Of a DNA stretch of 64,000 bases, positions 26,501 through 40,986 are shown in pieces. The notes beneath the pieces are model-generated. The model worked only from the letters and a program-made list of their open reading frames with translations, had not been told where the DNA came from and made no database searches. The translations under genes were made by a program, and so were the position numbers. Each line of letters begins with the position of its first letter. Position 1 is the first letter of the stretch. This DNA comes from Owenia fusiformis (taxonomy: Eukaryota): assembly GCA_903813345.2 (NCBI GenBank), contig CAIIXF020000001.1, positions 18,104,001 to 18,168,000 on the forward strand, given 5' to 3'.

Positions 26501-29500
26501 GATATTTTTCTATTTTTGTACTGAGCATTAGCAACCCTATATACACACGAGTATCTAAACAGCTTGTTTATTTCGATGTTTACTAAAGAGAAGAAATGAT
26601 TTCGCCTCTCTTGTTTCTTCTTTTACAGCTGTACTTTGTGTAATTGTTTTCTTCATTTGATTGTTAGCTTTTGTCTTTCATACCAGCCTCTATCAACAAT
26701 GCTGTCGCTGGCGTTGATCCAAATGACAATTTCAGGAGAAATGACCATTCTAGGCTATTCTAGGATTAGACGCGCCTCACTCTTATGTTATTAGATGCAT
26801 TGCACAAGTGCCAAGCCAAAGGGACGGTTGTTACAGAACCTACATCTTGGATTAGTTTATTCATCTGTTAATTAGGGTGTAGTTATTTGATCAGATTTTT
26901 AGATGATGTATTTTTGAAAATCTTTACTAAAGTGCAAATATGTCGCACGTCTAATGACACAGCCTGTAGATTTAGATCATATTTTAGTCTCAATTTAGTA
27001 ACAAATGAAGTAAAAAGGTATAAACACTACCAACATCATGTAATAAATGATCGTGGCTGGTTATTGATTAACTATTTTTTGAATGTATTCTGTAACAAGA
27101 ACGAAACAGTCGCAGTTTATTTCTGAACTATTAAAGGTTGGAGTATGTTATGATTCTTGAAGCATCGATCATTTTTCTTTATGAGAGCATATTAAACTTG
27201 TTTTCATTCAGTTCTGACAAAGGAACTGAGAGTGGTTTTGATGTTTCAATAGACTCTGCTTAAGAAAGTGAAAGTTTGAAACATGACTTCAAACAAGGTT
27301 TAATAGAAGCGTTTGTAATCAGTTGATGGTGCTGACATAAATCTTATTCTTTCAGATCTAACACTGTTGTTTTACTGCATAGTGTTGTCGCGTTGAATGA
27401 TGCGTGACGCGTGCCGTTGTAACGGGGCTAGGTGTTCCTTTGAATAACAATACCCCATATGACATCTAACGATTCCTTATTAGTTAATATGCAATCGGCG
27501 GCAAATTGGGCGATTTAAAATGATGATTATGATCTTAGAGACTTTAAATTCCTTCAGTTTGTGATACAACGTTTTAAAACATTCACTGATCTGTGTGCCA
27601 TTTTTGTCAAAATGTTTTTTTTATTTCAATGTGAATAGAATTGCCTTGACCTGTATTCCTTTGATTCAAAAGTACACGTTGTGCTAATCGTATAATACGA
27701 ATTCATGCTCCGTAACTTTCTCTTAAGTAAATTATGGTTTACGGGTTTCATATTGACAGGTCTCCTTTGTCATACTAAAACAGTAAATCTCATCCTTTGT
27801 AAACCTAAGCAAAGGACGAATAATCACACTAAATGTAACATATGAACGCGCATCAAAAGATGATGGTACAGCACTAAGATACATCCAAAACACGCACGTC
27901 TCTTAATTATCATCAAATGTCAAGATCTGTAATAAAGTGTTTTTCATTCACAATAAGGTGATAATGTCAACCGAGAGTACATTGGAATGTGACACTGAAT
28001 AAATCAACTAATCTTGCAAGAGGTGACCACGGTCCACTGGTTGATCCAATTGGAAACTTAAATGATGAGTTTGATTAATACATTCACTGTATGGTTGATT
28101 AGAATCTCCAAGTATTGTTAAAGGTCTGTCCACAAACAAAACTATCCAATTTGGACCTCCAAAGAATTACATTCTTCATCTTCAACAACAGACAGGAGAA
28201 ACTTTTGTTTCCTATGGTAATGTCCGAGTTTCCATTTGTTCCCTTATCGTCCATTTAATTAAACATTCAATTCCATTATTGGACGGAATAAGGACTAACA
28301 TTAGGGGAAACGAACACCATCAATCCTCGTCTCCAATTATCAGGAATTGTCCAGCCTGATTTTATCCTGTCTTAAACGGTCATTCAGGTTTTACACGATC
28401 GCTTTTCTAAACTGAAGATTAAGTCAAATCTTTAATGACAGTCATTTGACTAGTAAACGAATTATCTGACATGGTTGCAATTAGCCAGCCGTTTCAATGG
28501 ATTATCTTTTCTAATTGAAAATCATGAAAATAGGTGATTCAGATTTACATCTATTAAATCCGGGCAATGGACACTCCTACATCTGTGGATATTAGACTTT
28601 AATTATATTCATCTTTTCAGATGATTTTTGGACTGCATTGCTCTGTTCAAACAAGATCTCGTACAATACAATAAACTTGCGGGCATCTGTACACAATATA
28701 AAGGTAACATTGGCAATGATAACCGATCATAGGAAACCAACCCCCGATATCCCATTTGGTACCAAAGATACATAGAAGTAGTAACACGCCTTGTTTAAAG
28801 ATCGAAAAACGATTATAACATGCGAGTTGATATAATTCACTGAAAATTGGTAAAAGTGAACGTGAGTGTCACCGTGTTCAAATAAGTGGAGAAGGACTCA
28901 AGCTATTGCATGCATTGTAATACATATTGCATACGAGGTGTATATTTATCAATATTCTTACAAACAATTGTCACATAAATTATTCTTACAGATAATACCA
29001 TTGTTGTCAATGGCAATTAACTTCAAACATTGTATGATATGTGCACATGTCCTCCAGACAGCACAAAACACACCACAGCCAAACATATATCACAGTAGCC
29101 CAATTGAACTAGAAACTTTATCAATTTTGCCCCAGTGAAAAAGATGGAAAATGATAAAATGATATAGTTATGGCGTTTTCCGACGTAAAGGGAAGAATAT
29201 GGTTGAATTAACCTCAAATTGACTTAGAGGGAGTACCTGGTATTTACATCTCGTGAATTCAAAAAATAAGTTGAGATTACACTCCTTTCAAAGCAACAAG
29301 TCAAGTGTCATCTGAGGCATATCGGGTCAAAATCATATTGCCCGAATGTAAAGCAAATTAATCATATTATGTAATGTAAGGATAATTTGAGGATACCAAA
29401 ATGTATATACTTTTATTTTAGTTTAGCAATATCCTAAATTAGCTTCACGAAACTCACAGAGGGCAACATATTTAGACCAATACAGGTCCCTATAGAAGAG

Positions 29501-32500
29501 CAACATTATATTCCATGTATATAGACGCCGCGACAATTAGTTAACTCCATAGTTATCTCAAATTTCATCTTAATGTATTTTAAGTTATTAGATATAATAT
29601 GCATGTTTAAAAAGGTAAGGACAACGGTATTCGATAGCTAAGTCATGTAAATAGATCATCGCAAAATAGACACGTGAACCATGAGACTGGTCAAATGAAA
29701 GACGATTTAATGCATAGGGAACAGGTTTAGTTGTGTGAAACCGATACAACTTTTGATCAAGCAAGGGGAACGGGTTTTAAAACATATGCTAATGATCAAA
29801 TTTCCCACTTTGTTGATTTCCTTTGATATTTTCAAAGACCCATAAAGTATCCTCGATATCTATGACTCCATCTTGAAACACTTTTAAAATGGACATATTT
29901 GAGAAGCAGAATGAAGTTTGTGTAATAAAATGGAAGAAAATGATAAAGCATATTTTGATTAACAGGTTTCATCAACAAAGCATTGCAATTATTATATCCA
30001 TCCTAAATACTTACCATGCATGATCATGTTAGCTTTAATGCTCTATGTAACGCTTGCGTAGCAAATTCATCTGTGAAAATCGATTGTTGAGGAAATTATA
30101 GCCATGTTTCATCTATCTCCCAAAAAGCCATTTATATCTGTCACGATACTTCGTTTAGAATCCTTAATTCTATGCTCATTCTTGGCAGAATCCATTTTTC
30201 ATCCTACATTACGCTTTACGGACTGAATACTTCCCTGAGCTCTGATTGGTCGTTGGCGTTGTATTCATGCATTTGGAAGATTTTTTTCGAAAGTAGTTCG
30301 GACCTGTAAGCATAGTCTCTGGAAACTTTACCGCAACGTCTAGACTCCATCTAAATTTGAAACCATCAAGAAGTGTTTGGAAGTTACGTGAAGCACGTCT
30401 TTCCGGGAGTGATTTGCAGTGTTGCGGACCTTCAAGCAGCAAGACGAGACCGATCATAAAGGTAACAATATGCTTTACCCATCTTCAAGCATGTCGTTAT
30501 TATATCCTCAAGAGGGGCACGTAAAACAACTAGTCGCAATAAATGTCAACTTAACGGCATCTTGATAGCCAAATCACAACAGATGACTGAAAACAATTCT
30601 CATAAAATAAATTTTATTTTCGACACGTTGAACCATCCGATTGTTTATATATATGATTATACATTGATACGATGAGTGGTAGTAGTTTTAAATATCACTT
30701 TTCTTTTGGTGTTAGTTTACACAATTGTGTCAAGTTCTAACCATTAAGATACAATTAGTTTGAACGTAAATTAGATAATCTTAGATATCATCTAGAACCA
30801 CTAACGAGAATATACTGACTACTAATGTGGACTTTTCCCATTACAAAGATTAGCTGTTTTACCCCGTGATAGAATATATACGACCTATTTGTTATTGTTG
30901 GTGATTATAACTCTTACTAAGTTTCCATAACTGTCATAAACGGTCATTATTTACTTTAATCGGAATAACCTGTTGTAGAATACTTCTAAGGTCATAAACA
31001 TGTATAACTATTAACCCGTGACTCTTAATACCTCTTTTAACATGCCCTTAAGTAATTCAATTCCAATAAAATAGTCGTTTCTGATTCCCTTTCATTATCT
31101 TTACCTATGATGATTGGCATTAATGATGATTGACATTTCTAATGAAATGTTTTAAAATTATTGCAGTATATTGCTAAATTGTAGTATGCGCTTTCTGGTT
31201 TCTTTAAAAACAATGATGATAATCAGAGAACCATGTTGTTGGTTAGATACAATACTACATTACATTGAAGTCTTTAGATACAGGTATAAAATTGAATATA
31301 TAAGCACAAATGCCAAAAGGGAAGGGTGACTAAAAACGTTAAGGAAACCCAACAAGAGACAGATACATGGTAAATGTAAGTTATAATTCTGCACAATCCT
31401 ATTCTGCGACAACAAAATATTTTCCATATCATTTCACTCGTGTGTATCCGTGTGTTCAAATTGATACCATTGCACACTTGTATCTGATAAACCTAGAATT
31501 AATTGACCCGTAATAACCTTTATCAGAAGCTAAAGTGCTCCATTTAGTATCCTTGTCACAATAATATACACTCTACATCTATTTTGTTTTTATTCTAAGC
31601 AGCAGATGCAGAACTCAAAATATAAACAGAATTTTAAACTTCAAGTTACTTTACCGGTATCTTAAACTCATAAAATAAATTTAGATGGAACATAATCCTT
31701 TGTCCGGTGAGGTATGTGCAGACTATATATTGCAATACAAAACATGCCTCCAGTCAAACAAATGCCAGGTCTCAGGGCATTTAAAGAAAATATCAATTCA
31801 CTAAAAGTACTTTTTCAAACCTCTTACCATGAAATAGAACATACTGTACTGTGTAAAAATATAGTTGATTGGAAATGTGGGGCAGGTCTGGGATTCGTTT
31901 TCCTCGAGGAACTTGGTTCGAATCAGGAGTCTCTCTTTCTCGTCTCTCTTCAGATAGTTTTGTTATTTCCATTCCTCGCTCGGATGTAATACTTTACTGA
32001 TATAATAAAAACTATTTTGAACTCTAAGAAACAAAAACACACCGAGTTTTATTTTACTAGAATACACGGGGGTTAATTGACATCTGGAGTTATCTAATTT
32101 CAAATAAACAAGGCATTGGAAGTTAACACATTTTCAAAGCAATTTCTAAACACTTCGGAGGTGCCTTGAAGGATTTCATCATTGCGGTTTATCCATTGAG
32201 CTTATGTTATGTCCCTTAGCGACCTATATCACTAACGAATAATTATTAAACTTCTCACCGTGTTAATGCATTTTACTTAATTTCCCAATGTATCGTCTAC
32301 ACGACTAGAATACTAATTCGTGGTATCCTTACACACAAAATAGTTCCTTTCAGAATTGTGGAGAAATCACTGTCAATAATAATAAACATCGAGTGAGACA
32401 TCTTTCCGTTTGTTATTGATAAATATTTCATTAATTAAAGTGAAACATTTTTAATATGGTGGCGTCCATAAATTAGATGTTTGTCAATTATGTTACCATG

Positions 32501-35500
32501 GTTACATTCGTAATGCAAGGGAACACTTCTCATTATTTGAGCCATAACACAGGGACAGGATAAATTATTGAAAAACTTGCTCTCTAACTTTGGCATTCAA
32601 AAACAATTTATGAAACAAACATACCTTGTATTTATGAGGAGATGATACTATAGGCTAAACTTAAGTCATTCACATTTAAAATATATCGTATTCATTAACT
32701 TGTCATAGTGATAATTTATATTTAACACCCTGTGTTTCATGTAAACTCCGATACACGGGAGGTTCGTGTGGGGTTCCTTTTTCCAAATAGATCATCAATC
32801 AACGACGTCGATTCTAGCAATTAAAACTCGGTCATGTTGGCTTACTAGTGAACTTCGGTGACCCCATTTACACCCTAACCCGGGAGTGTTAAATTATCCC
32901 CTAGCAAGTAACGCCATCTGTCGACAAGTATTACTCATTTGCGCTCGATGCCTCCCTCGTGTTGTGATGATTCTTAACACTTCAAAGTTGACATTTAAAA
33001 AAGAATACACTTGTGTTCATTTATTCTAAACTTCATTATACCACATAGGAAATTCAATAAAGAAAGCTGCAAGTAAGATTAAGCTGGATTTTCTAAAATC
33101 AATTACGTCCTTATCACGCTTCACTGAATGGCTGATGTACCAAATAACAAAACGTCAAAATGATACATATTAAGGCATTTCATGCTGTAGACCTTCGATG
33201 TATTTCATTGTTTTTATTTATTCAGTTTTCATAAATCTAGAGAAATGTGATTTATGTGCAGGTTTTATAACAAAAATATATATTTATGCTATTTGTTAAA
33301 TTGTGAATAAGTTGCCTATATGTAGTAACAATATAATTTTATGGAGAAAAAACGTCAGTCATTTACTGCAGATATTTACTGAGACATAACAAAGAAATTA
33401 TATTTAATCTCGTCGCCGTATATTTTTGCATCAGGTGCTATAGGATATGATATAATCGATGTCAAATTAATAAAATTACTTCAAAAGCAATCATGATTTC
33501 AATACTTTGGGCTGTGGTGTGTGCATCATCGATACCATGGCACTCTAACTTGCACTGCCATCACATATTACTTCTTAGCTTTATTCTAGTAAACACAACA
33601 CATCAAAGTCACGCAAGTCATATGCGGAATTGCCCCAAAGCATAGCTGATCTTCATACTTTGATCTATTTTGTGAAGAATACAAACGAGACTTGTGTTTA
33701 AATACATATTTTGTTTGAATCAAAACTGTTGTTTTTGTACTTTTAGAATCTGATTTAGTTGTTGGTCAAGATATTTAGTTATCGTAAGTTTTTGAGGAAT
33801 GTCATTCACATCACTGATTCCCCAAGAGTTTTGCTGTCAAATCATTAGCTGGTATATTATCAATATCCCTAGTGTCATGGGTTAATAGCCGTGTCATATT
33901 TGTGAAATTGTTCAAATGAAACACTTATTAACCTGGTGTCAATACCACCCCTCCTAAACACCATATTTCACATGAAGTTCTTCCAAGACTATTAACACAG
34001 ATGGTCTGAATTTGTTGCTTCGGTGACTTCAGGGGCTAGATCAACAAACTGGACAGTGTCCACCTAGTTAAGACTGTCTCATTTTGTTTGTTCTCATTCT
34101 GTCACGTGTACACTGGACATCTGCTTCTAAAATTAACGGACTCAGATCAGAAAAGCTAAAAATAAAGAAGTGCTGGATATATCTCTTTCGGTTGAATCTC
34201 CCCCATGGACCAGCCTGAATAATAAACATATTTGTCTGAATCTAAAGAATCATTTCACAACTTTTCAGACATGAATTATCGCGATCGAGGCTTTACGAAT
34301 CACATCTAATGGATTTACACTTGTTTCAAATGATCAACACCAATGCTGATGAGGTCTTCCATTTCAACAGTAATACCATTATTAGTCTGATCTTCTTGAT
34401 CACGACAGAGTCGCGATATAAAGGCAAATGATTATAATTAAATGAGATAGTCCTAGATTAATCTCTCATGGCCTTTTCGTTTCTTGATTTTGATCATAAT
34501 TTCTGAGTGGTGGCAGGAGATGTGTTGAACATTTCTGTATTCGTAGATTTTGGGAATTTGCTTTCCGTATGACTGATTATACTCTCGGATGCTCTTTTTT
34601 GCCCTATTTTTCGTACTTTTTATCTCTCCACCTTTTATGCATGCCCTTGTGCAGTCATATACTCATTAAAATAATCAAATAATGACACATTCAATATGAA
34701 TATGGTGGAAATGAAGTAAAATTGTGCTTTCCAAAATGTTGACGGAATCAACCGTGGTATTGGCCTTCATAAAATCGATTATAAATATACAATAATTCGC
34801 CATCAGATCATTCGTTACGGTCGCAGAATCTACCTATGAGTTATGGCAGTTAACAATTGTAATGTTCAGTGGAATGTTCTGTAGCTCGATCGGTTAGCCA
34901 GGTCATCGTGTCTCTGATTAAACATGTTTTGGTGGAATATTGAACAAGATATTGTGTGCGAATCTACCTACTGTGCATTTGAACTATAAAGGTGTAAATC
35001 GAGTTGCCCCATTAGCAACACACCAAGAATAGACGTACTCCACATGACAAATGACTCTCTGGTCATATATGGAAGACAGGCCAAGCAGATCTGATCGTAT
35101 CAGAAGAATCGCCTTTTATTATTAGCTTGAAATTCAATGTGAATGTAAAATAAAATCTACTTATTTTAAGTGACTATGAACAATCGAATAATCATTTATT
35201 GTTTAAACGTTGTTAAATGTATATTGTAAGAGATTACTTTGATTTTGGGAGGACGATCTTATACGTCCTGCTTATCTATATTCTAAAGGTAAAATCGATC
35301 TCCCCATTACTTTAACAACTGTTGCAGCAATTCTACTATTTTCATAGTGTGTTGTATCATGATTTTGGATATTTGGTTTTGTCCCCCCCCCCTCCATGGT
35401 TGGTTTAGGCTTTTGTGTAAGTATGTACTACATCTTCGACTTCCAATTGTGTTGGAACACCTGAAACCTTGTGAATCTAGATGTGTGTGCTAAACAGAAA

Positions 35501-37051
35501 TGAATTTGCAGAGTGATTAACCATCTATTTTGTATTTTTTATTTTGCATATCTGTTCCTTCTGTATTTACCTAAATGTGTATAGATATTCCTATCACTCA
35601 AATGGCATGTACCGATTGTTATCAGACCATACTTTGGGCACATTTATCAATCTGAATGTTTGAGATGTTCGCTGTGAGACGAACAGATTTCTTTCATTCA
35701 ATATGGATTATAGTATTTAACTATCTTTTATATTTCCGAATACATTCGTTATTTTCTTTAAGACCAGACTCTCATTTATTCCTAATTACTGGGATTCTAG
35801 TTAGGATACGGTGAAAAAAGGAAATCCATTGCTACTATGATTCTAGGTACATATCCCCGTGTGTTAATATAAAACAAATAAGACTATGACGACAGTGTTT
35901 GCTTTTTCACATGCCCGATCTGATTTATCAGAGTCTCTCCTTATCTAAAGCTTAGGAGTATTCCAAAGGATCGAAGTAGAGACTGGGGATCTACAATGCA
36001 CATGTCCATGTCCATGGAAAGGGCCAGCCAACGTTGGACATATTTTACATAAGAATGGCAGTGCTTAATTTGATCACAGACCAATTACAATTATCACTCG
36101 ACTGTTAAGTTTCTAAACTGCGATAATTGAGTTTTCTCAAATGGAGCCTACAAAGTCCCAGGGCAATGATTCATTCCCGTTAGGACTCAACAATTATATC
36201 GTCTCAGATTTATCTCTGTCAGGAGAAAATTGTTGTAATTTATTCAATAGAATCAGGGATTACTCTCACAGTTCCCCATGGACCATTTAAAATTTATTAT
36301 TACTGGATACCGTCGCCTTAAGATATATGCTTCAATATACCCAAGATGTATGATGTATGCCATACACGCTACAACCTATATGCTGCAAGTTATATAAGAT
36401 ACATGCCACAAGCTATATACATGATATACATTAACAGGGCTTTTAAGCATCATAAATAAAAGTTGTATTTTAAAAGAAATATTCGTTAGAATGATTTAGA
36501 CGTACCTAAAGAGACTTTAGAGTGCCGCTGTTGCAAAACCATTTGTTATAAAAAAAACTAAAAAATATATAGATAGTAGATTAATAATTTGCCATAAGGT
36601 GCATAAAGATGATGCATTTGATAAAGGCTTGCGTACACATTATCTCATGATATTGTTTATCGCATACCATGCATGACACGGTAACTATAGTAACTTTGGT
36701 TAACTTATTTCGAAACGTCAACAGTCGTCTTCCCATCTATCTACTTAATAGTTGTTGGTCTGTAAGGTGAGTTAAAAAGGATGTTGTTCCGACTGACTTA
36801 AATATGGTTACACACATAACTTCGATGGTGGCCACAAGTCCTGTTTCGGTACACTTCAAAGGTTTCTAACGGATAATTACACTTATATGAGTCCAAATGT
36901 ATGTTCCATATGTCCCTTTTTACGGGTATCCTGGTATTGCAGCACATGTATATACTGTAGGCATTTGCTTCACATATCCTTCCTCATCAACTTCAGACTG
37001 GGACGTACTACAAAAGCACTGCACTTTGCATGTACCATTTCTGACCTGCAC

Positions 37052-39272
37052 TACGTCGCATGAGAATAACTTTGTACTAACTGCCATTTTCAAAAAAATT
37101 GAGATAGACATGGAATTTTACTATTTGAAACACAGGCTTTCATCTCAGATACATGCCCCATCTCAATTCCCTCTCATTAAGCTAGAATTCAGTGTGAAAT
37201 TGTACCATCTCCAGACAAACAGCTTATTTCTAATTTCAAATTGTCATATCTGATATCAACTGTTTCAACCAATCAACTCTCTAAGAATTGGTCATGTGAC
37301 TTGCAAAACTTGGAGTTATAACAATCTTATATTAAAACGAAGTATGCCAATATGCATGTTATTGTATCTAGAATGAAATGATGTTTTGTAACACAATACC
37401 ATGCCAGTTTGCATGCCTGGCCTTTCATGTTTTAGTTTTAGAACTATTACAAGTAGATCAAAAAAATAAAATGATACAGTATGTGTAATCCCATGCATAT
37501 TCAAATTATATGCCCTCAATTACTCTTTGTATTATGGATGCTCATTGGATTATTCATGGCCACATGATATGAAATAGAATTACTAATTTCCTTGAAAACC
37601 TAAATCCTTGCTACCAGGGAAGATGAAAAGTACAAATGACCAGTTAATTAGATCATGTGACCAGTCAAAAGTACCCTTTATCTTCCCTGCTACCAGGTCT
37701 TATAGGGGTTTGAATGGCCAAATGCAATAGAAATGCAAATACGAAGCTGTCATCATTAAATGTTGAAAATGAAAGACTACTTATTTGTTTCTTCAAATAG
37801 AGTACATAATAATAGGTTATATACTAGATATAGTAATCAAAACAAATAGTAACTGTCATATTTTGCACTATATTGCTCAAAGGCAATCACTGTCTGTATA
37901 CTATTGAAATCTCTTTCAAAATGATTTTTTATAGTTTGTGGAAAAAAGTTAAATCTATTTAAACTAGCTTTAACTTTTACTGACCATGCACTATATCAAT
38001 AAGGAGTTATCTGTATGTTAGTATAGTCCCTTAAAACACTTATTTTATTTTCTCTTCATCTATGATTTACTTTGCGCCTTTCACTGAACATCTGGGATCT
38101 TTTTAGTTATTTTATTACTAGTATGTTTTTCAGATTTGTCCTTTCTTTTGCATTTTTGGGATCATTGTTTTTAGATCATCTACATTTTATTTTGGAAAAG
38201 TAACAAATTGGTTCAATTTCTTTACAAAGAGCCACTCTTAGTCTCCACTTCTACAATTGCTTCAATTCCCAATTGTACTCCACAGAGTAGCAAACAACAG
38301 AAAATGAATGGATAATGATAGCTGCATCCCAATGAACAAAATGTGATTACCTAAATCGAGGTTTCATCACTTTCATTAATCTAAAATGAATTAGAAATTA
38401 TTTTTCTATTTTCAAATTTCTTCCATGTGCATGTAATAAAAATTGGTTATGTCTTAGGCCCTAAGGATCTGAAACCTGCTGGTCAAAATGGAATTACGGA
38501 CCAGTTGCAATGTTATTCTCCTATACCCAGTGAAAAAATCAACCGGTCTGTATCAAAAATAACCTGATAATGACCAGCGGACCGGCCCTTAGGGGCTACA
38601 TTGTAATGTGCTGGGAGGTTTAGGCTACAGGGTTTATACCGAGGGAAATATGTGGGGGACCGTATTGGCATCATTGGTTTCAATGCATTGTACTTCTGCC
38701 TTAGTTTCAAAGGCAATAAATTCTTTTTGAAGGGTGTCCTGAGATTCCAAAATTAAGAAATAATTGTACTTATTTGAGAAATTGATTTTAAAGTTTTATA
38801 AATTGAATTTTCTTTATTTTATTAAATAATATTCTTTGGTTTTTGAAGATTTTTTTCAAAGCAAAACATTATTTTTCATTCTAGATACAATAATATGCAT
38901 ATTGGCATACTTTGTTTTAATATAAGATTGTTATAACTCCAAGTTTTGCAAGTCACATGACCAATTCTTAGAGAGTTGATTGGTTGAAACAGTTGATATC
39001 AGATATGACAATTTGAAATTAGAAATAAGCTGTTATTCCGGTGGGAAATTGTATCAACTCCATTTCCATAGTTTTAAAAAAGGATCTTGTAAATTGTTTC
39101 AAGGTATGATATTTCATATAAGATATCTCTAGGGTGAGACCAGGTGACATACAAAAAATCAAGTTTCACATAGCAATACTAAGTAAGATACAGACCTCTA
39201 AACTTTCAAACCTTGATTTCTCAGTTCCGTAAAAATGTGAGATAGTACAAAGTTATTCTCATGCGACGACTA
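37052..39272. mobile_element. About 2.2-kb non-autonomous foldback DNA transposon
   Basis: Terminal 26-bp perfect inverted repeat (37054-37079 vs 39243-39268) with the right terminus ending ...gacta. Subterminal perfect 121-bp inverted repeat (37218-37338 vs 38914-39034), extending with few mismatches to about 37388/38862. No transposase ORF inside and no clear TSD. Confidence 0.8.
38455..38598. mobile_element. Small palindromic element nested in the foldback
   Basis: taggccctaagg ... ccttaggggcta (11/12 inverted match), with inner pairs gctggtca/tgaccagc and acggaccagttg/caaccggtctgt. Confidence 0.5.
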
Positions 39273-40150
39273 ATCTATGCATGTTTGCATGCCATTAGAT
39301 TCTGGAACAGAGGGTACAACATGTAAAAATGTATGCAGCGTTGTTGCGTTGGTAAACCACTTGCTAGAAGCACAAAACTTTGTATATCATTAAAACAAGT
39401 TGCTGATACTAATTATAAGTTGTGTTCTATGGGACTTACGCGGTGCTTGCATCATAAGAGTCTTAGATACACTAGTTCTATGGTAGCAAGTAACATTTGG
39501 GATTCATTATCAAAAGAAAAAGTAAACGCTTAACTATTTAACATATACAATAAGGGTTCCAAATTTGTATTTTCAAATTATTTTTGAATTTTCTCTGAAA
39601 AAGTAAGAAGTCAATACACATTTCTTAACACAATCCCAGAAATCAATACTACATATTCCAAAGTTGAAAATTTCAAGCCTTTTGACATCATAATTGCACA
39701 TTGTTCAGTGAATCTATATTCCAAATGTTTATTGTATTTGAATTTATTTGAGTTGAAAACGTTTTTTCTTAAACATGATGTAAATATGTTAATATAGTTA
39801 ACTGTATGTAGAATAGCGATTTCCCAAGGATCGTGTGATGTGTAGCTACCATTTATTGATATTTATTAAGTGAAATATGTTCAATGTTTTAAGTGTTATT
39901 TAAGGCTAAATTACAAATCTGCATTTGGACATTAAAATCACAATTTCTCAAGTGGACCTTATAATTACTTTATCCCTGTCAAATCCAATGTCAGATAATA
40001 TGATCATCAAAAGACTATCACTCCACTTGGCTGTCAGGTGGAAATGTGACTAGTTCGTGACACCAGTTATTTATACCAGTCTTGAAATTCATGTGCATGT
40101 ACCTTGACAATTAACGATCAATATAATACATGTTACATATTAATCTGTGT

Positions 40151-40200
40151 CCTTGGCTTTCACCCTTGCCATCCCCTTGGTTCACCCTTGCCATCCTTGG
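40151..40200. repeat. Short tandem duplication (about 22-24 bp, 2 copies)
   Basis: ccttggctttcacccttgccatcc followed by ccttggttcacccttgccatcc. Confidence 0.8.
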
Positions 40201-40599
40201 TCGAAGGGTATTTCACTCCTTTCTGAATTGAGGAATAAATGAAGTCATTTGAATGAAGGATGGACTCTTTCTTCTAAATGTAACTCATTACAAATATGAC
40301 GTGTTCATATTCTGATGACAAATTGGAAAAGTAACTATCCCTGATCAAAGTTGTTCGTCTCATTGTTAAAACTTAAAAAAACTTACTTAAAGGCGACCCT
40401 CTCCTGTATTACGTTAATAATTATGTCACCAGATGAACAATCCCACAACCGTGCAAGCCACATTGTTAGAGTAATACCTCATTACAGAAGCTTGATCCCA
40501 AAGGATCTGCGATGTACTTTTAATTAGATGTCACAACTTTTTGTACTGAATCTAGACTCGATGCTGGTCATGATATACTAGGTATTATAGGTAAAAAAC

Positions 40600-40986
40600 A
40601 TGCGGGAATATAATCGATATATGAGGTGAGCAGGTGATATATATATCACCCGCGGATATATATATAAAGCGGGTGATATATATGTATCACCCGCTCATCA
40701 GCAATCCCCGGGAATTTCTTTCGGTGCTTTTTTGAATTCCCGGGATATACTTTGGCTCTATTTGGCTCAACACTAGGGTTCCCTAACATTCAATGCATAT
40801 TTATTTCTCATAATCTACTTAGTATAGGATAAATCAGTTATTGAATGCTCGATTTTTGATACAGGGTGTATCCCTCGATAAATACAATATTTCAACGCTC
40901 GGTCTCTGCGGTCCCTGGGGTAGATATATTGTATTTCTCTCAGATATACCCTGTATCAAAATCCTCCCTTTAAATAACCTCTATAT
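40600..40986. mobile_element. Non-autonomous element with internal palindromes and a terminal hairpin of about 140 bp (same architecture class as 13013-13578)
   Basis: Hairpin at 40838-40978 (ttttgatacagggtgtatc...aaatacaatat / atattgtattt...gatataccctgtatcaaaa), followed by cctctatata. Palindromes at 40633-40650 and 40669-40694. Confidence 0.55.

Noticed and set aside
34875..34910. tRNA/SINE A-box-like tagctcgatcggttag (similar at about 55388; B-box-like strings at about 31915 and, on the minus strand, about 45122)
   Set aside because: No correctly spaced A+B box pair and no cloverleaf.
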